Shown here in pieces: positions 10,078 to 19,660 of a DNA stretch of 64,000 nt (positions within the stretch are counted from its first letter, which is position 1; the number at the start of each line of letters is the position of its first letter). The notes under the pieces are model-generated. The model was not told the DNA's origin. It saw nothing but the letters and a program-made list of their open reading frames with translations, and made no database searches. Origin of the DNA: Chthoniobacterales bacterium (GTDB lineage: Bacteria; Verrucomicrobiota; Verrucomicrobiia; Chthoniobacterales; Chthoniobacteraceae); NCBI GenBank assembly GCA_038207335.1, contig JBBQZX010000006.1, positions 128,001 through 192,000 of the forward strand. The letters are read 5' to 3'. A program made the translations under genes and the position numbers.

Positions 10078-11502
10078 TTACTTCGCCGCGGGCGGTACTG
10101 GCGCGAGTTCGGTGTCGTACACTGTCACTTTCCCGATCTTCTCCAGCTCGGGCTGAATGTCTTTCGCCTCGCCGACCACGGTGATCGCGACGTCGGTCGT
10201 ACTCAGATACTTCTTCGCGAGCTCCTGCTGCGAGGCGGGCGTCACCGCAGCCATGCGGGTCGCGTAGGTTTTGTAAAAATCGGCGGGCAGGCCATAGAGG
10301 TCGATGTCTTGAACTCGCTGCGCGATGCGCCCGGAATTTTCGAGGCTGAGCAGGTAATTGCCGATGTTGTATTGTCGTTGCAATTCCAGCTCGGCCTCGG
10401 GCACGGGCTCGTCGCGCAGCCGCGCCATTTCCTTCAGCGTCTCGGCGATAGCGAGATGCGTCACCTCATTCCGCGTCTCCGCGCTCGCTTGGAAAGAGCC
10501 CGCGAATTTCCGCAAATCGAAGGCCGAATACGCGCCGTAAGTCCACGCGTGTTTCTCGCGCAGATTCTGGAACAGCCGCCCTGAAAACCCGCCACCGAGT
10601 GTTGCGTTCAGCACGTTGAGTTCCGGAGTGCTGCCGTTGTCCCGCGCCGGTCCGGGCTCGGCGATGATGATGTTCGATTGCACCGATCCGGGGCGGTTCA
10701 CGAGATGCACCGTCACACCTTCGATCTTCGGCGCGGTCGGGAAATCCTGTTTCTTGATCTCGCCCGGCTTCCACTCCGCGAGCGCCTTCTCGACTTTCGC
10801 GATGATCTCATCCGTCTTCACGTCGCCGACGATCGCGATGGTCGCGTTATTCGGCAGAAAGTAGTCGCGATGAAACGCCGCGAGGTCGTCGCGAGTGATC
10901 ATCTTCACCGTCTCCGGCGTGCGATACGCTCCGTATGGAAAATCGCCGTAGATCAGCTTGCCAGAAAGCTTCGCGGCCAGTTGCTCCGGCTCCTGCTTCT
11001 GCGCGGCGAGCGCCGACAGCATCTTGCGCTGCTCCTTTTTAAACTGCTCCTCCGGGAACACCGGATGCAGCACCGCATCGCTGAAAAGCTCGATGATCTT
11101 ATCCGTGTAAGTCGTGAGCCCGCCCGCACTCACGGAGAGCGCATCAGAGCTCGCATCCGCTGCGAGTTTCATACCGATGAAATCCGTTTCCGCCGCGAAT
11201 TGCTCCGCCGTGCGAGTAGTCGTCCCGCGGTTCAGCAGGTCCGCCACGAAGTCCGCGAGGCCCGTTTTTTTGCCGTCGAATATCGAGCCGCTCTTGATCA
11301 ACAGGCGCAGCGTCACCGTCGGCTTGCGATCGTCTTCGATGACGAAAACTTTGAGTCCGTTTTTCAGCTCGCGCAGTTTGTAATCCGGGAACGCAGCCGC
11401 AGGAGTCGGGCCGGGCTCCGGCTTTTTCGTGCGGTCGATTTCCGCAAAAAGCGGCGTGGTGCAGAGGGCCAGCGAAGCCGCGAAAAGGAGTGAGTTCTTC
11501 AT
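10078..11502 (-). CDS. M16 (pitrilysin-like) peptidase, non-catalytic subunit
   Basis: Signal peptide; 'LKNGLKV'; no HxxEH; 'LGGGFSGRLFQNLREKHAWTY' R/Y motif. Confidence 0.88.
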   Translation of the reverse strand: MKNSLLFAASLALCTTPLFAEIDRTKKPEPGPTPAAAFPDYKLRELKNGLKVFVIEDDRKPTVTLRLLIKSGSIFDGKKTGLADFVADLLNRGTTTRTAEQFAAETDFIGMKLAADASSDALSVSAGGLTTYTDKIIELFSDAVLHPVFPEEQFKKEQRKMLSALAAQKQEPEQLAAKLSGKLIYGDFPYGAYRTPETVKMITRDDLAAFHRDYFLPNNATIAIVGDVKTDEIIAKVEKALAEWKPGEIKKQDFPTAPKIEGVTVHLVNRPGSVQSNIIIAEPGPARDNGSTPELNVLNATLGGGFSGRLFQNLREKHAWTYGAYSAFDLRKFAGSFQASAETRNEVTHLAIAETLKEMARLRDEPVPEAELELQRQYNIGNYLLSLENSGRIAQRVQDIDLYGLPADFYKTYATRMAAVTPASQQELAKKYLSTTDVAITVVGEAKDIQPELEKIGKVTVYDTELAPVPPAAK

Positions 11503-11514
11503 GTGGGTGGAAAG

Positions 11515-12894
11515 TTACTTCTTCTCTGCGGGTGCAGCCGGGACGGGGTATCGCAGGACGTTGAGATGTTCGCTCGTGAGGTACTTTTTCGCGACGTCCT
11601 GGAGGTCTTCGCGCTTCACTGAGAGGTATCGATTCAGCTCGGTGTTGATCAAATTCGTGTCGCCATAAAAGACGTGGTATCGCGCGAGATTCTGCGCTCG
11701 CGAGTGCATCGCGCCGAAGCCGCTGGCGAACTCAGCCTCCTTCTGATTCAGCGCCTTCGCAAACTCCTCCTCGGTCACGCCGTCCGTCTTCACTTTCTCC
11801 ACCTCCTCATCGATCAGCTTGTCAAGCGCCTCCAGCGTCGTGTCGCGCTGCCCCGTCGCGAAAACCCCGATCATCCCCGCCTTCTCCAGCAGATACGGGA
11901 ATGCCTCGACCTCCAGCGCCGCCTGCTCCTTTTCCACGAGCCGCTTGTAAAGCCGCGAACTGCGGCCGCTCGACAAGATATTCCCCAGCAACTCGAGCGG
12001 ATACGCATCCGGGTCTGTCTCCTTCACCGCGCGCCACGCGTGCAGTGTCGCGGGCAGTGGCGTGTTTTCCTTTACCACATCGAGCGTCTTTAATTCGGTC
12101 TGCGGCGGCAGTTCGACGACCGGGCGCACGACATCGGCGCCCTTTGGAATCGGGCCAAAGTAATCAGCCACGAGCTTCTTGGTCGCCTCCAAGTCGATGT
12201 CGCCGGCAATGGAGAGCGTCGCGTTGTTCGGCAGATAGTTCGTTTTGTAAAAGTCGCGGAACTCCTCGATCGAAGCCTGGTCGATGTATTGAAAAGCGCC
12301 GATCGGCACCCACTCGTAAGGCGTCCCCTTGAAGACCATCGCCGACAGATTTTCGAACAGCGTCCCATACGGCGCATTGTCCACGCCGCGCCTCTTTTCC
12401 TCCTTCACGACCTGCCGTTGCGTCTCCACGCCGACCTTGTCGATCTTCGCGTGCATCATGCGCTCGCTCTCGATCCATAGCGCGAGCTTGAGCTGATTCG
12501 CAGGCAGATTGAAGTAGTAGTCCGTTTGGTCGAAGGACGTGCTCGCGTTGAGATTTCCACCCGCGCCGGAGATGTATTTGTCGATCGTGCCGCGCGGGAT
12601 ATTCTCCGACCCCTCGAACATGAGATGCTCGAAAAAGTGCGCGAATCCCGTGCGATCCGGCCGTTCGTTTTTGCTCCCGACGTGATAGAGCACGTAGGTC
12701 GAAATCACGGGAGAAGCGTGATTTTCGTGCAGGATCACATGCAGCCCATTGGGCAGATCGTATTCGGTGAAAGTGATCGGTTTCAGGACGAGTTCGCGCT
12801 TTGCGGGCGGCTCATCTTTTGCCGCGAGAAAGGAGCACGGGAGAGCGACGAGGCACGCCAGCGAGGCGGCGGTTTTGAGAGACATGGTCGGCAT
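11515..12894 (-). CDS. M16 zinc peptidase, catalytic subunit
   Basis: 'TGFAHFFEHLMFEGS' (HxxEH), 'NASTSFDQTDY', 'VVKEEKR'; signal peptide; start may be the second Met (12885). Confidence 0.92.
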   Translation of the reverse strand: MPTMSLKTAASLACLVALPCSFLAAKDEPPAKRELVLKPITFTEYDLPNGLHVILHENHASPVISTYVLYHVGSKNERPDRTGFAHFFEHLMFEGSENIPRGTIDKYISGAGGNLNASTSFDQTDYYFNLPANQLKLALWIESERMMHAKIDKVGVETQRQVVKEEKRRGVDNAPYGTLFENLSAMVFKGTPYEWVPIGAFQYIDQASIEEFRDFYKTNYLPNNATLSIAGDIDLEATKKLVADYFGPIPKGADVVRPVVELPPQTELKTLDVVKENTPLPATLHAWRAVKETDPDAYPLELLGNILSSGRSSRLYKRLVEKEQAALEVEAFPYLLEKAGMIGVFATGQRDTTLEALDKLIDEEVEKVKTDGVTEEEFAKALNQKEAEFASGFGAMHSRAQNLARYHVFYGDTNLINTELNRYLSVKREDLQDVAKKYLTSEHLNVLRYPVPAAPAEKK

Positions 12895-13120
12895 GAGACA
12901 GCACCCCCGCGCAGACGTTCGAGCACATTTGTGGGAAAGTTGGAGCTTGAGCCAAAGTCGAGCGGTCCTCGCTTTCTAAGCGTTGCGCAGACCAAGAGCA
13001 CCGCTGGGCCCGGCATCCCAATCTCGCTCGCTAACGAAATTACCAAGCGGGCAGCCGTATCGGGGCCCATTTGCGATCAATGGGAAACTTGCGCCACCGG
13101 AGTTCCAAACACAAACACCC

Positions 13121-13744
13121 ATGAAAAACCCATTGACCACCACCCTCGCAGTTGCGCTCGCCTTGTCTGCCACGCAATCGCTTCTCGCTCAGACTGCTGT
13201 CACCGCCACGACCTCCACGGGAGGCGGGACGACCGCGACGGAAGTTTCCACCACCACCTCGGCAGGCACCATCTCAGAGATGGGGGCTGACGGACTCGTG
13301 ATTCGCACTTCGACGTCAACCGAGCCCCTCCGCTACAGCGTCAGCAAAACTACGACTTACGTGGATGAAGCTGGATCGCCTGTCTCCATCGATTTGGTCA
13401 AGTCAGGTCTGCCCGTGACCGTTCAGTATGTCCAAGAAGGAAACCGCATGGTTGCCAGTCGCGTCGTCGTGCGGAAGCAGATGACTAGCACCACGACGAC
13501 CGCCAGTCCGACAGTGATCGAGCGCAATACCAATACCACGATCACCAAGCCCCCGGTCGTCGTTGAGAAACCCGTTTACGTTGATCGCGTCGTCGAGAAG
13601 CCGGTCATCGTGGAAAAGAAAGTGGCCGTGCCAGTCGAGAAAAAGGTCTATGTCGATCGCCCTGTCATCGTGGAGAAGGAGAAGCCCGCGCCACTGGTCA
13701 TCGAGAAAAAGACGACCACTACTACGACTACCGACACGAAATAG
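13121..13744 (+). CDS. Secreted Thr/Val-rich protein with a small beta-barrel-like domain and VEKP(V) repeats
   Basis: ATG 13121 gives 'MKNPLTTTLAVALALSATQSLLA' signal peptide; followed by an intrinsic terminator. Confidence 0.8.
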   Translation: MKNPLTTTLAVALALSATQSLLAQTAVTATTSTGGGTTATEVSTTTSAGTISEMGADGLVIRTSTSTEPLRYSVSKTTTYVDEAGSPVSIDLVKSGLPVTVQYVQEGNRMVASRVVVRKQMTSTTTTASPTVIERNTNTTITKPPVVVEKPVYVDRVVEKPVIVEKKVAVPVEKKVYVDRPVIVEKEKPAPLVIEKKTTTTTTTDTK

Positions 13745-13767
13745 ATCGATTTCAGCTTATTTTACTC

Positions 13768-13803
13768 GGGTGGAGATGCTTCGGTGTCTCCACCCCTTTT
13801 TTT
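13768..13803 (+). terminator. Rho-independent terminator
   Basis: GGGTGGAGATGC-TTCG-GTGTCTCCACCC then C and a T7 run, just after the stop at 13744. Confidence 0.9.
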
Positions 13804-13867
13804 GAACTGTGCTACCCACTAGGCGCAGCGGGAAGTCGTTCGTGCTCATCGTCGGTGATGACTCAAT

Positions 13868-15856
13868 TTACAAAATCTCTACGGGGCACTTGGGTAGCGC
13901 GCGGAGGAATGCGCTGCCGTAGCCTTTCGTTAGCACGCGCGGATCGAGGATCACGACGATCCCGGTGTCCTGTTTCGTGCGGATGAGGCGACCCACGCCT
14001 TGGCGCAACTTGAGGATCGCCTCGGGGAGCGAATATTCGGAAAATGGGTCGCCGCCGTGCGCTTGGATGAGCTCCAGTTTCGCTTCGATGAGCGGGTGGT
14101 CGGGCACCGCGAATGGCAGCCGCGTGATGATGACATTCGAGAGCGCATCGCCCGGCACATCGACGCCGCTCCAAAAACTTTCCGTGCCGAAAAGCACATG
14201 CCGCTCGTTCTTTTTGAACTCCGCGAGCAGCCGGTGACGCGGCATCCCTTCGCCCTGCACGATCAGCTTGTAATCGAGTTCGTCGAGCCGCTCGCGCATC
14301 GCCGTGGCGAGCGCCGACATCGCCCGGTAGCTCGTGAAAAGCACGAACGCGCGACCTTTGCTCTCCTCGATGAAATGCTCGATCCGCTCGGCGAGCGCGG
14401 ATTCGTATCCGGCGTCGCGCGGGTCGGGCATTTTGCGCGTGATGTAGAGCCGCATCTGTCGCTCATAGTCGAAGGGACTCCCGACTTGCAGCGCCTCGAT
14501 CTCCTGGGCCCCGACGCGCTCGCGGAAGTAGCTCAGCTCTGCGTCGCCCGTGCTCAGCGTTGCGCTCGTCATCACGCAGACGTGATTTTCGCGAAAGAGA
14601 AGCGCGCGCAGCCACGCGGCGACGTCGATCGGCGCGGCATTTAGGCTGTGAAATTTCGCGGTCTTGCCGCTCTGCTCGACCCAATAAACGTAGTCGTCGG
14701 CCTCCTGCTTGAGAAAAATCGCGATGCCCGCGCGCGCGTCGCGGATTTTGCGCCCGAGGTCTTGCAACTCGGCCTTCGTCGTCTCGTCCTCGATGTTGCG
14801 CACGCATTCCACTACGAGCTTTTGCAGGCGGGCGAGGGGAGTGGTGAGCGAGTCCGCGACGAAGTCCGGCTGACGCACGCGGAATTCCCGCCCCTTTTTG
14901 AAATCCGCTCGCGCGCCGACGCCCTCGAAAAACCCCTCAACTTCATCGAGCAGCGCTGTCACTTCCTTCACCGCGTCCGGCCGACGCAAGACCTGAAAAA
15001 CGCCCTTGTGCGTCTTCGGATTGTAGAGCCGTTGCAGCGCGTATCGCAGCCCGTATTGCGACACGCCGAGGCCGATTTGTTTCGCCGCGACCTGCTCGAC
15101 CGTGTGCGCCTCGTCGAAGATCACGAAGTCATTCGCGAAGATGTAGCCCGCCGCGTCTTCATCCTGCTCGGAGAGCGGCCCGAGGTTCATGAAAAAGAGC
15201 GTGTGATTCATCACGACCACGTCCGCCGCGATGAGCCGTTTGCGCGCGTTTTGGTAAAAGCACTTCGGGTTTTGCCCGCACGTCTTCGTCGTGCAGATGT
15301 GCGCCTCGCTGCACACCTGAGACCACACATGCGAGTCCGGCTCGACCGCGAAATCCGAGAGCGTGCCGTCCGTCGTGGTCTGTGCCCATTCGTGGATGCG
15401 CTGCACTTCCTCCTGCTCGGTCGTGGTGAACAGATCGCCCGATGCGGTCATCGCCCGCTGCAGCCGCATCGGGCAGATGTAATTGCCGCGCCCCTTCCAA
15501 AGCATCGCCTCGAACTCGACTGGCAGAACCTTTTGCAAAATCGGGATGTCTTTGAATACGAGCTGCTCCTGCAGGTTGATCGTGTAGGTCGAAATGACCG
15601 CCTTTTTCTTCTTCTCCAGTGCCCACAAAATCGCGGGAACCAAGTAGGCAAGCGACTTCCCGACCCCAGTCCCAGCTTCCACAACGAGATGATTTTCCTC
15701 GCTCAGAGCCCGCGCCACCGCCACCGCCATCTGCTGCTGCTCGGGCCGGTACTCGAAGTTCTTAGCCTGCGCGAGCAGCCCATCCTCCGAGAAAACGCCG
15801 CGCACTTTCTCGACGAATTCGCTGCTGCTGCCGGGGGCATCGGAGAGGGAAATCAC
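13868..15856 (-). CDS. dinG: DinG/YoaA-family ATP-dependent DNA helicase (Fe-S type)
   Basis: Q motif 'YRPEQQQM', 'EAGTGVGKS', 'KGRGNYIC', Cys cluster, 'FDEAH', 'TSATL', 'LRQGVGRLIR'. Confidence 0.9.
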   Translation of the reverse strand: MISLSDAPGSSSEFVEKVRGVFSEDGLLAQAKNFEYRPEQQQMAVAVARALSEENHLVVEAGTGVGKSLAYLVPAILWALEKKKKAVISTYTINLQEQLVFKDIPILQKVLPVEFEAMLWKGRGNYICPMRLQRAMTASGDLFTTTEQEEVQRIHEWAQTTTDGTLSDFAVEPDSHVWSQVCSEAHICTTKTCGQNPKCFYQNARKRLIAADVVVMNHTLFFMNLGPLSEQDEDAAGYIFANDFVIFDEAHTVEQVAAKQIGLGVSQYGLRYALQRLYNPKTHKGVFQVLRRPDAVKEVTALLDEVEGFFEGVGARADFKKGREFRVRQPDFVADSLTTPLARLQKLVVECVRNIEDETTKAELQDLGRKIRDARAGIAIFLKQEADDYVYWVEQSGKTAKFHSLNAAPIDVAAWLRALLFRENHVCVMTSATLSTGDAELSYFRERVGAQEIEALQVGSPFDYERQMRLYITRKMPDPRDAGYESALAERIEHFIEESKGRAFVLFTSYRAMSALATAMRERLDELDYKLIVQGEGMPRHRLLAEFKKNERHVLFGTESFWSGVDVPGDALSNVIITRLPFAVPDHPLIEAKLELIQAHGGDPFSEYSLPEAILKLRQGVGRLIRTKQDTGIVVILDPRVLTKGYGSAFLRALPKCPVEIL

Positions 15857-15993
15857 AAGCCGCGCACCATGCGCCGGGAAGCTGTGCTAGCGCGAATCAA
15901 AATGCGAATCGCGGCGTGGGTTTGCCGCTGTGAATCCGACGGTTCGACACCCCCACCGCGCACTTTGCAGGAACCGTCTATTTTAATCGGCGT

Positions 15994-16161
15994 TTAGCGC
16001 AGCGGGGGCGGGACAGAATTTTGACGCGCCGTGAGCTCCGCGGCTTCCGCGAGCTTTTCGTGGGCGCGCATCGCACGCCAGCCGATGATAAGCCAGATGA
16101 CCGTGACTGCAAACCCAAACACCCAGGCGAGAAAGGCGAACATTCCGAATCCAGAGGACAT
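15994..16161 (-). CDS. Small single-pass membrane protein (55 aa), absent from the ORF track
   Basis: Hand translation: MSSGFGMFAFLAWVFGFAVTVIWLIIGWRAMRAHEKLAEAAELTARQNSVPPPLR*; lies 21 bp downstream of the co-oriented oxidoreductase. Confidence 0.7.
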   Translation of the reverse strand: MSSGFGMFAFLAWVFGFAVTVIWLIIGWRAMRAHEKLAEAAELTARQNSVPPPLR

Positions 16162-16182
16162 TCTGTAAAAAGGGTGGTGTGG

Positions 16183-17340
16183 TTAAATTGCGAGCTTGGT
16201 CCACGCGGAGTTTGCGTGGCTGGAGGCGACCACGGCTTCGATGAAGGCCATGCCGCGCATGCCGTCTTCGATTTTCGGGTAGTCGGTGACGAGAGCGTCG
16301 GGTTCGCGATTTTCCAGGAGCGCGCGAATGTGGCCGGCGAAGTTCTTGTAGATGTTCGCGAAGGCCTCGAGGTAGCCCTCGGGATGCGCGGGCGGGGTGC
16401 GGCCCGCGGCGAGAGCGGCAGGGCTGAGGTATCCGTTGGCGGTGCGATAGACCTGCATCGGCTGGTCGGGCCATTTGACGAGCATGGTGTTCGGCTCGCG
16501 CTGGTGCCACTCGATGCCGCCCTTTTCGCCATAGACGCGGAGGCTGAGGTTATTCTCCTCGCCGACGGAAATCTGCGAGGCGTGCAGGACGCCTTTCGCC
16601 CCGCCCTCGAAGCGCAGGAGGACGTTGCCGTCGTCGTCGAGTTCGCGGCCCTCGACGAATGCCGTGAGGTCCGCGGCGAGTTCGCTGATCTTCAAGCCGG
16701 TGACGTATTCGGCGAGATTGTCGGCGTGCGTTCCGATGTCGCCGATGCAGCCGGCGGCGCCGCTGCGTTTCGGGTCGGTGCGCCAGCTTGCCTGCTTCGA
16801 GCCCGTGGCCTCGACGCGCGTGGCGAGCCAGCCTTGCGGATATTCGACGACGACTTTGCGGATCTTGCCGAGCTTGCCGCTATGCACGAGTTCGCGCGCT
16901 TCTTTCATTAGCGGATAGCCGGTGTAGTTGTGCGTTAGACCGTAGAGCTGGCCGCTGGATTTCACGAGGTCGGCGAGGGTTTTCGCCTCGGCGAGGTCGA
17001 AGGTCGCGGGCTTGTCGGAGAGGACGTGGAAGCCGTTTTCCAGTGCCATTTTCGCCGGAGGAAAGTGCATGTGATTCGGCGTGACGATGGAGACAAAATC
17101 CATGCGCTCACCGAGCGGGAGCGCTTTCTCGCGCGTGATCATTTCCTCGAAGGTGCCGTAGCAGCGGTCGGGCGGGAGGTAAAAGTCCGCACCGGAATCG
17201 CGCGAGCGCTGGGGCTCCGAGCTGAAGGCGCCGCAGACGAGTTCGATCTGACCGTCGATATTGGCAGCGATGCGGTGGACGGCTCCGATGAAGGCGCCGC
17301 GGCCGCCTCCGACCATGCCCATGCGAATTTTTCGGCTCAT
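16183..17340 (-). CDS. Gfo/Idh/MocA family oxidoreductase
   Basis: 'MGMVGGGRGAFIGAVHR', 'TPNHMH', 'SDKP', 'GDIGTHA', 'HPEGYLEAFANIY'; start trimmed to 17340. Confidence 0.92.
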   Translation of the reverse strand: MSRKIRMGMVGGGRGAFIGAVHRIAANIDGQIELVCGAFSSEPQRSRDSGADFYLPPDRCYGTFEEMITREKALPLGERMDFVSIVTPNHMHFPPAKMALENGFHVLSDKPATFDLAEAKTLADLVKSSGQLYGLTHNYTGYPLMKEARELVHSGKLGKIRKVVVEYPQGWLATRVEATGSKQASWRTDPKRSGAAGCIGDIGTHADNLAEYVTGLKISELAADLTAFVEGRELDDDGNVLLRFEGGAKGVLHASQISVGEENNLSLRVYGEKGGIEWHQREPNTMLVKWPDQPMQVYRTANGYLSPAALAAGRTPPAHPEGYLEAFANIYKNFAGHIRALLENREPDALVTDYPKIEDGMRGMAFIEAVVASSHANSAWTKLAI

Positions 17341-17511
17341 GTGAATATGTAGATTGGTGGGATTTTGAGTGGGCGGGGAGTTTAGAAATGGGACGCGAGC
17401 GGGCAAGGAATTTGGGCGGGCGGGAGATGTCTCGGAGGCGTCTCATTTTCAAAAGAATGCCATCAACTGCCAGCGCAACCTCCGGCAAACCCGCGGGTTT
17501 GACCCATCCAC

Positions 17512-17913
17512 ATGAAAAAACTCCTCACTGTTCTTACCCTCACGTTGGCCGGTCTCCTGATCGTCCCGACCTCACTCAAAGCCGAAGATGCGAAGCCTGC
17601 GGAAGGCAAGGGCGGTGCCCGCCGCGACCGCGTCGAAATGATGAAAGAAAGCCTCGGGCTCACAGACGAGCAGGTGGCGAAAATCAAGCCGATCGTGGAA
17701 GCCGATCGCGAGAAGATGAAGGCACTCCGCGAAGACAGCTCGCTGAGCCAGGAAGACAAGCGCGCGAAGTACACCGAGATGTTCAAGGCGCAGTCTGAGA
17801 AGATCAAACCGATCCTAACGCCTGAGCAGCAGACGAAGTGGGCCGAGCAAGCTGAAAAGATGAAAGAGCGCCGCGCGAATGGCGAGAAGCCCGCCGAAGC
17901 TCCGAAGAAGTAA
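17512..17913 (+). CDS. Spy/CpxP-like periplasmic helical protein
   Basis: Signal peptide; two LTxxQ motifs ('LTDEQ', 'LTPEQ'); highly charged. Confidence 0.75.
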   Translation: MKKLLTVLTLTLAGLLIVPTSLKAEDAKPAEGKGGARRDRVEMMKESLGLTDEQVAKIKPIVEADREKMKALREDSSLSQEDKRAKYTEMFKAQSEKIKPILTPEQQTKWAEQAEKMKERRANGEKPAEAPKK

Positions 17914-17936
17914 CCGAAACCACAATCAACAATCCG

Positions 17937-17971
17937 GGGCGGGAAGCGCGAGCTTCCGCCCTTTTTGTTTT
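17937..17971 (+). terminator. Rho-independent terminator
   Basis: GGGCGGGAAGC-GCGA-GCTTCCGCCC followed by TTTTTGTTTT. Confidence 0.85.
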
Positions 17972-18012
17972 GAAGGGAGGAGAGCGGGAGTGGGAGCGAA
18001 GGCGTGGGAGAC

Positions 18013-19380
18013 CTACTCCAGTGCTTTCTCGAGTTTGCTTTTCGACTCCACCGCGCCTGCTCGTGGAGCGCCGAGCGGCGGGAAGACCGGTGGGATCATG
18101 CCCCTGTTCCAGTTGGAAAATTCGCCGTCGAGACGCTCGACGATCTCAGGGTGTCGGGAGGCCAGGTCGGTCTGCTCTCCGATGTCCTGCGCGACATTGA
18201 ACAGTTCTTTCGTGGTCTTGCTTTTGACCAATTTCCAATCCCCATCGCGCACGGCGTATTGTGCGCCATTTTCCATCCGCCAGAAGAGTTGCTTGTGCGG
18301 CGCGGCTTTCACCGTCCCGTCGAGATACGGCAGGAGATTCACGCCATCCATTGCGCGATCCTGTGGCCCCGGCGTCTTGGCCAGCGCGCAGGCCGTGGCG
18401 AAAACATCCAGCGCCGAAACCATCTCCCGATAGACTCCCGGCTGAAGCTTTCCCGGCCACGACACCACGAAAGGGACGCGCGAGCCGCCTTCGTACATCG
18501 TGCCTTTTCCCGCGCGCAGCGGCGCGTTGTCGCACTTCACTACGTTGATCGGCCCGCCGTTGTCGCTGAAGAAAAAGACAAGAGTGTTCTCCTGCTGGCC
18601 GATGGCTTTGAGCGCATCGAGCACACGGCCCATGCCGTCGTCCATGGCGATCGTCATTGCCGCGTAGGCGCGCCGCTTGGGATCGCCGATGCCCGGCAAG
18701 CGGTCGAGGTATCGAGGCAGCGTATCCAGCGGAGTGTGGACGGCGTTGTAGGCCAAATAGAGGAACCACGGCTGCCCCTGGTGCTTCTTGATGAATGCCG
18801 CGCCCTCGCGAGAAAATGCGTCGGTAAGGTATTCGCGCTCGTCAACATCGGTGTGATTGCGCTGCAGGGGGATGTTGTATTCGGCCTTGCCCGGCACGCC
18901 TGGGAGATAGCGGTGCCCTCCGCCGATGAAGCCATACCAATCGGTGAAACCGCGCTCGATCGGATGGAATTTCGGATGCGCGCCTTCGTGCCACTTGCCA
19001 ATGCCGCCGGTCACGTAACCCGCGTCCTTCAGCACCTTTGGTAGAAGAATCTGATCGGTCGGCAGCCCGGATTTCTCGTCATCCGGCCAGTAGTTGGGAT
19101 TGCGTTCATGGCCAAAGCGCTGCTGGTAACGGCCCGTGAGCAATCCCGCGCGGCACGGACTGCACACCGGATGACTGACATACCCGTCTGTGCAGACGAT
19201 GCCGCCAGTCGCCAACGCGTCCAGATGAGGCGTCGGGATGTCTTTGCTCCCTTGAAAGCCGACGTCGTGGTAACCCAAGTCATCCGCCACGATGACAAGG
19301 ATATTGGGGCGCTCGGCGGCGGAGGCCACGGCGCAGATTGTCGCGAAGGTGAAGACGAGAAAACGAGCGGAGAGGCGCAT
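18013..19380 (-). CDS. Formylglycine-dependent (S1) sulfatase
   Basis: 'PNILVIVADDLG', 'CSPCRAGLLTGR', 'GKWH', 'FSDNG'; signal peptide begins at ATG 19380. Confidence 0.93.
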   Translation of the reverse strand: MRLSARFLVFTFATICAVASAAERPNILVIVADDLGYHDVGFQGSKDIPTPHLDALATGGIVCTDGYVSHPVCSPCRAGLLTGRYQQRFGHERNPNYWPDDEKSGLPTDQILLPKVLKDAGYVTGGIGKWHEGAHPKFHPIERGFTDWYGFIGGGHRYLPGVPGKAEYNIPLQRNHTDVDEREYLTDAFSREGAAFIKKHQGQPWFLYLAYNAVHTPLDTLPRYLDRLPGIGDPKRRAYAAMTIAMDDGMGRVLDALKAIGQQENTLVFFFSDNGGPINVVKCDNAPLRAGKGTMYEGGSRVPFVVSWPGKLQPGVYREMVSALDVFATACALAKTPGPQDRAMDGVNLLPYLDGTVKAAPHKQLFWRMENGAQYAVRDGDWKLVKSKTTKELFNVAQDIGEQTDLASRHPEIVERLDGEFSNWNRGMIPPVFPPLGAPRAGAVESKSKLEKALE

Positions 19381-19433
19381 AGGATGGGCGATGTAAAGCC
19401 AGCGATTCATGGCGGGGAACTTCTTTCCACTTT

Positions 19434-19618
19434 GTTTTTGCCACCCGCGCACCCAACCGACTTCCATGCTGTAGGGCAGCTTGGCTGGGCTCAGCCGGTC
19501 GATTTCCCAACCGGCCGTTAGCAGGCTCAGGATGAAGAATTGCGGCTGATGCAAGATGCCTCACCGCGATGCGCTGAGACTCGTGGGCGTCCATTCGGTT
19601 CCAGCTGTGGTGTGACTA
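19434..19618 (-). pseudogene. Relic of a glycoside hydrolase family 16 C-terminus
   Basis: One frame reads 'HTTAGTEWTPTSLSASR*GILHQPQFFILSLLTAGWE...LPYSMEVGWVRGWQK', resembling the GH16 'HTY..EWTP' and 'M.VDYVRVWQ' motifs. Confidence 0.65.
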
Positions 19619-19660
19619 GAAGTAGCGATCCCACACTGTGGCTAAGGAGTTTCCCGGAGG

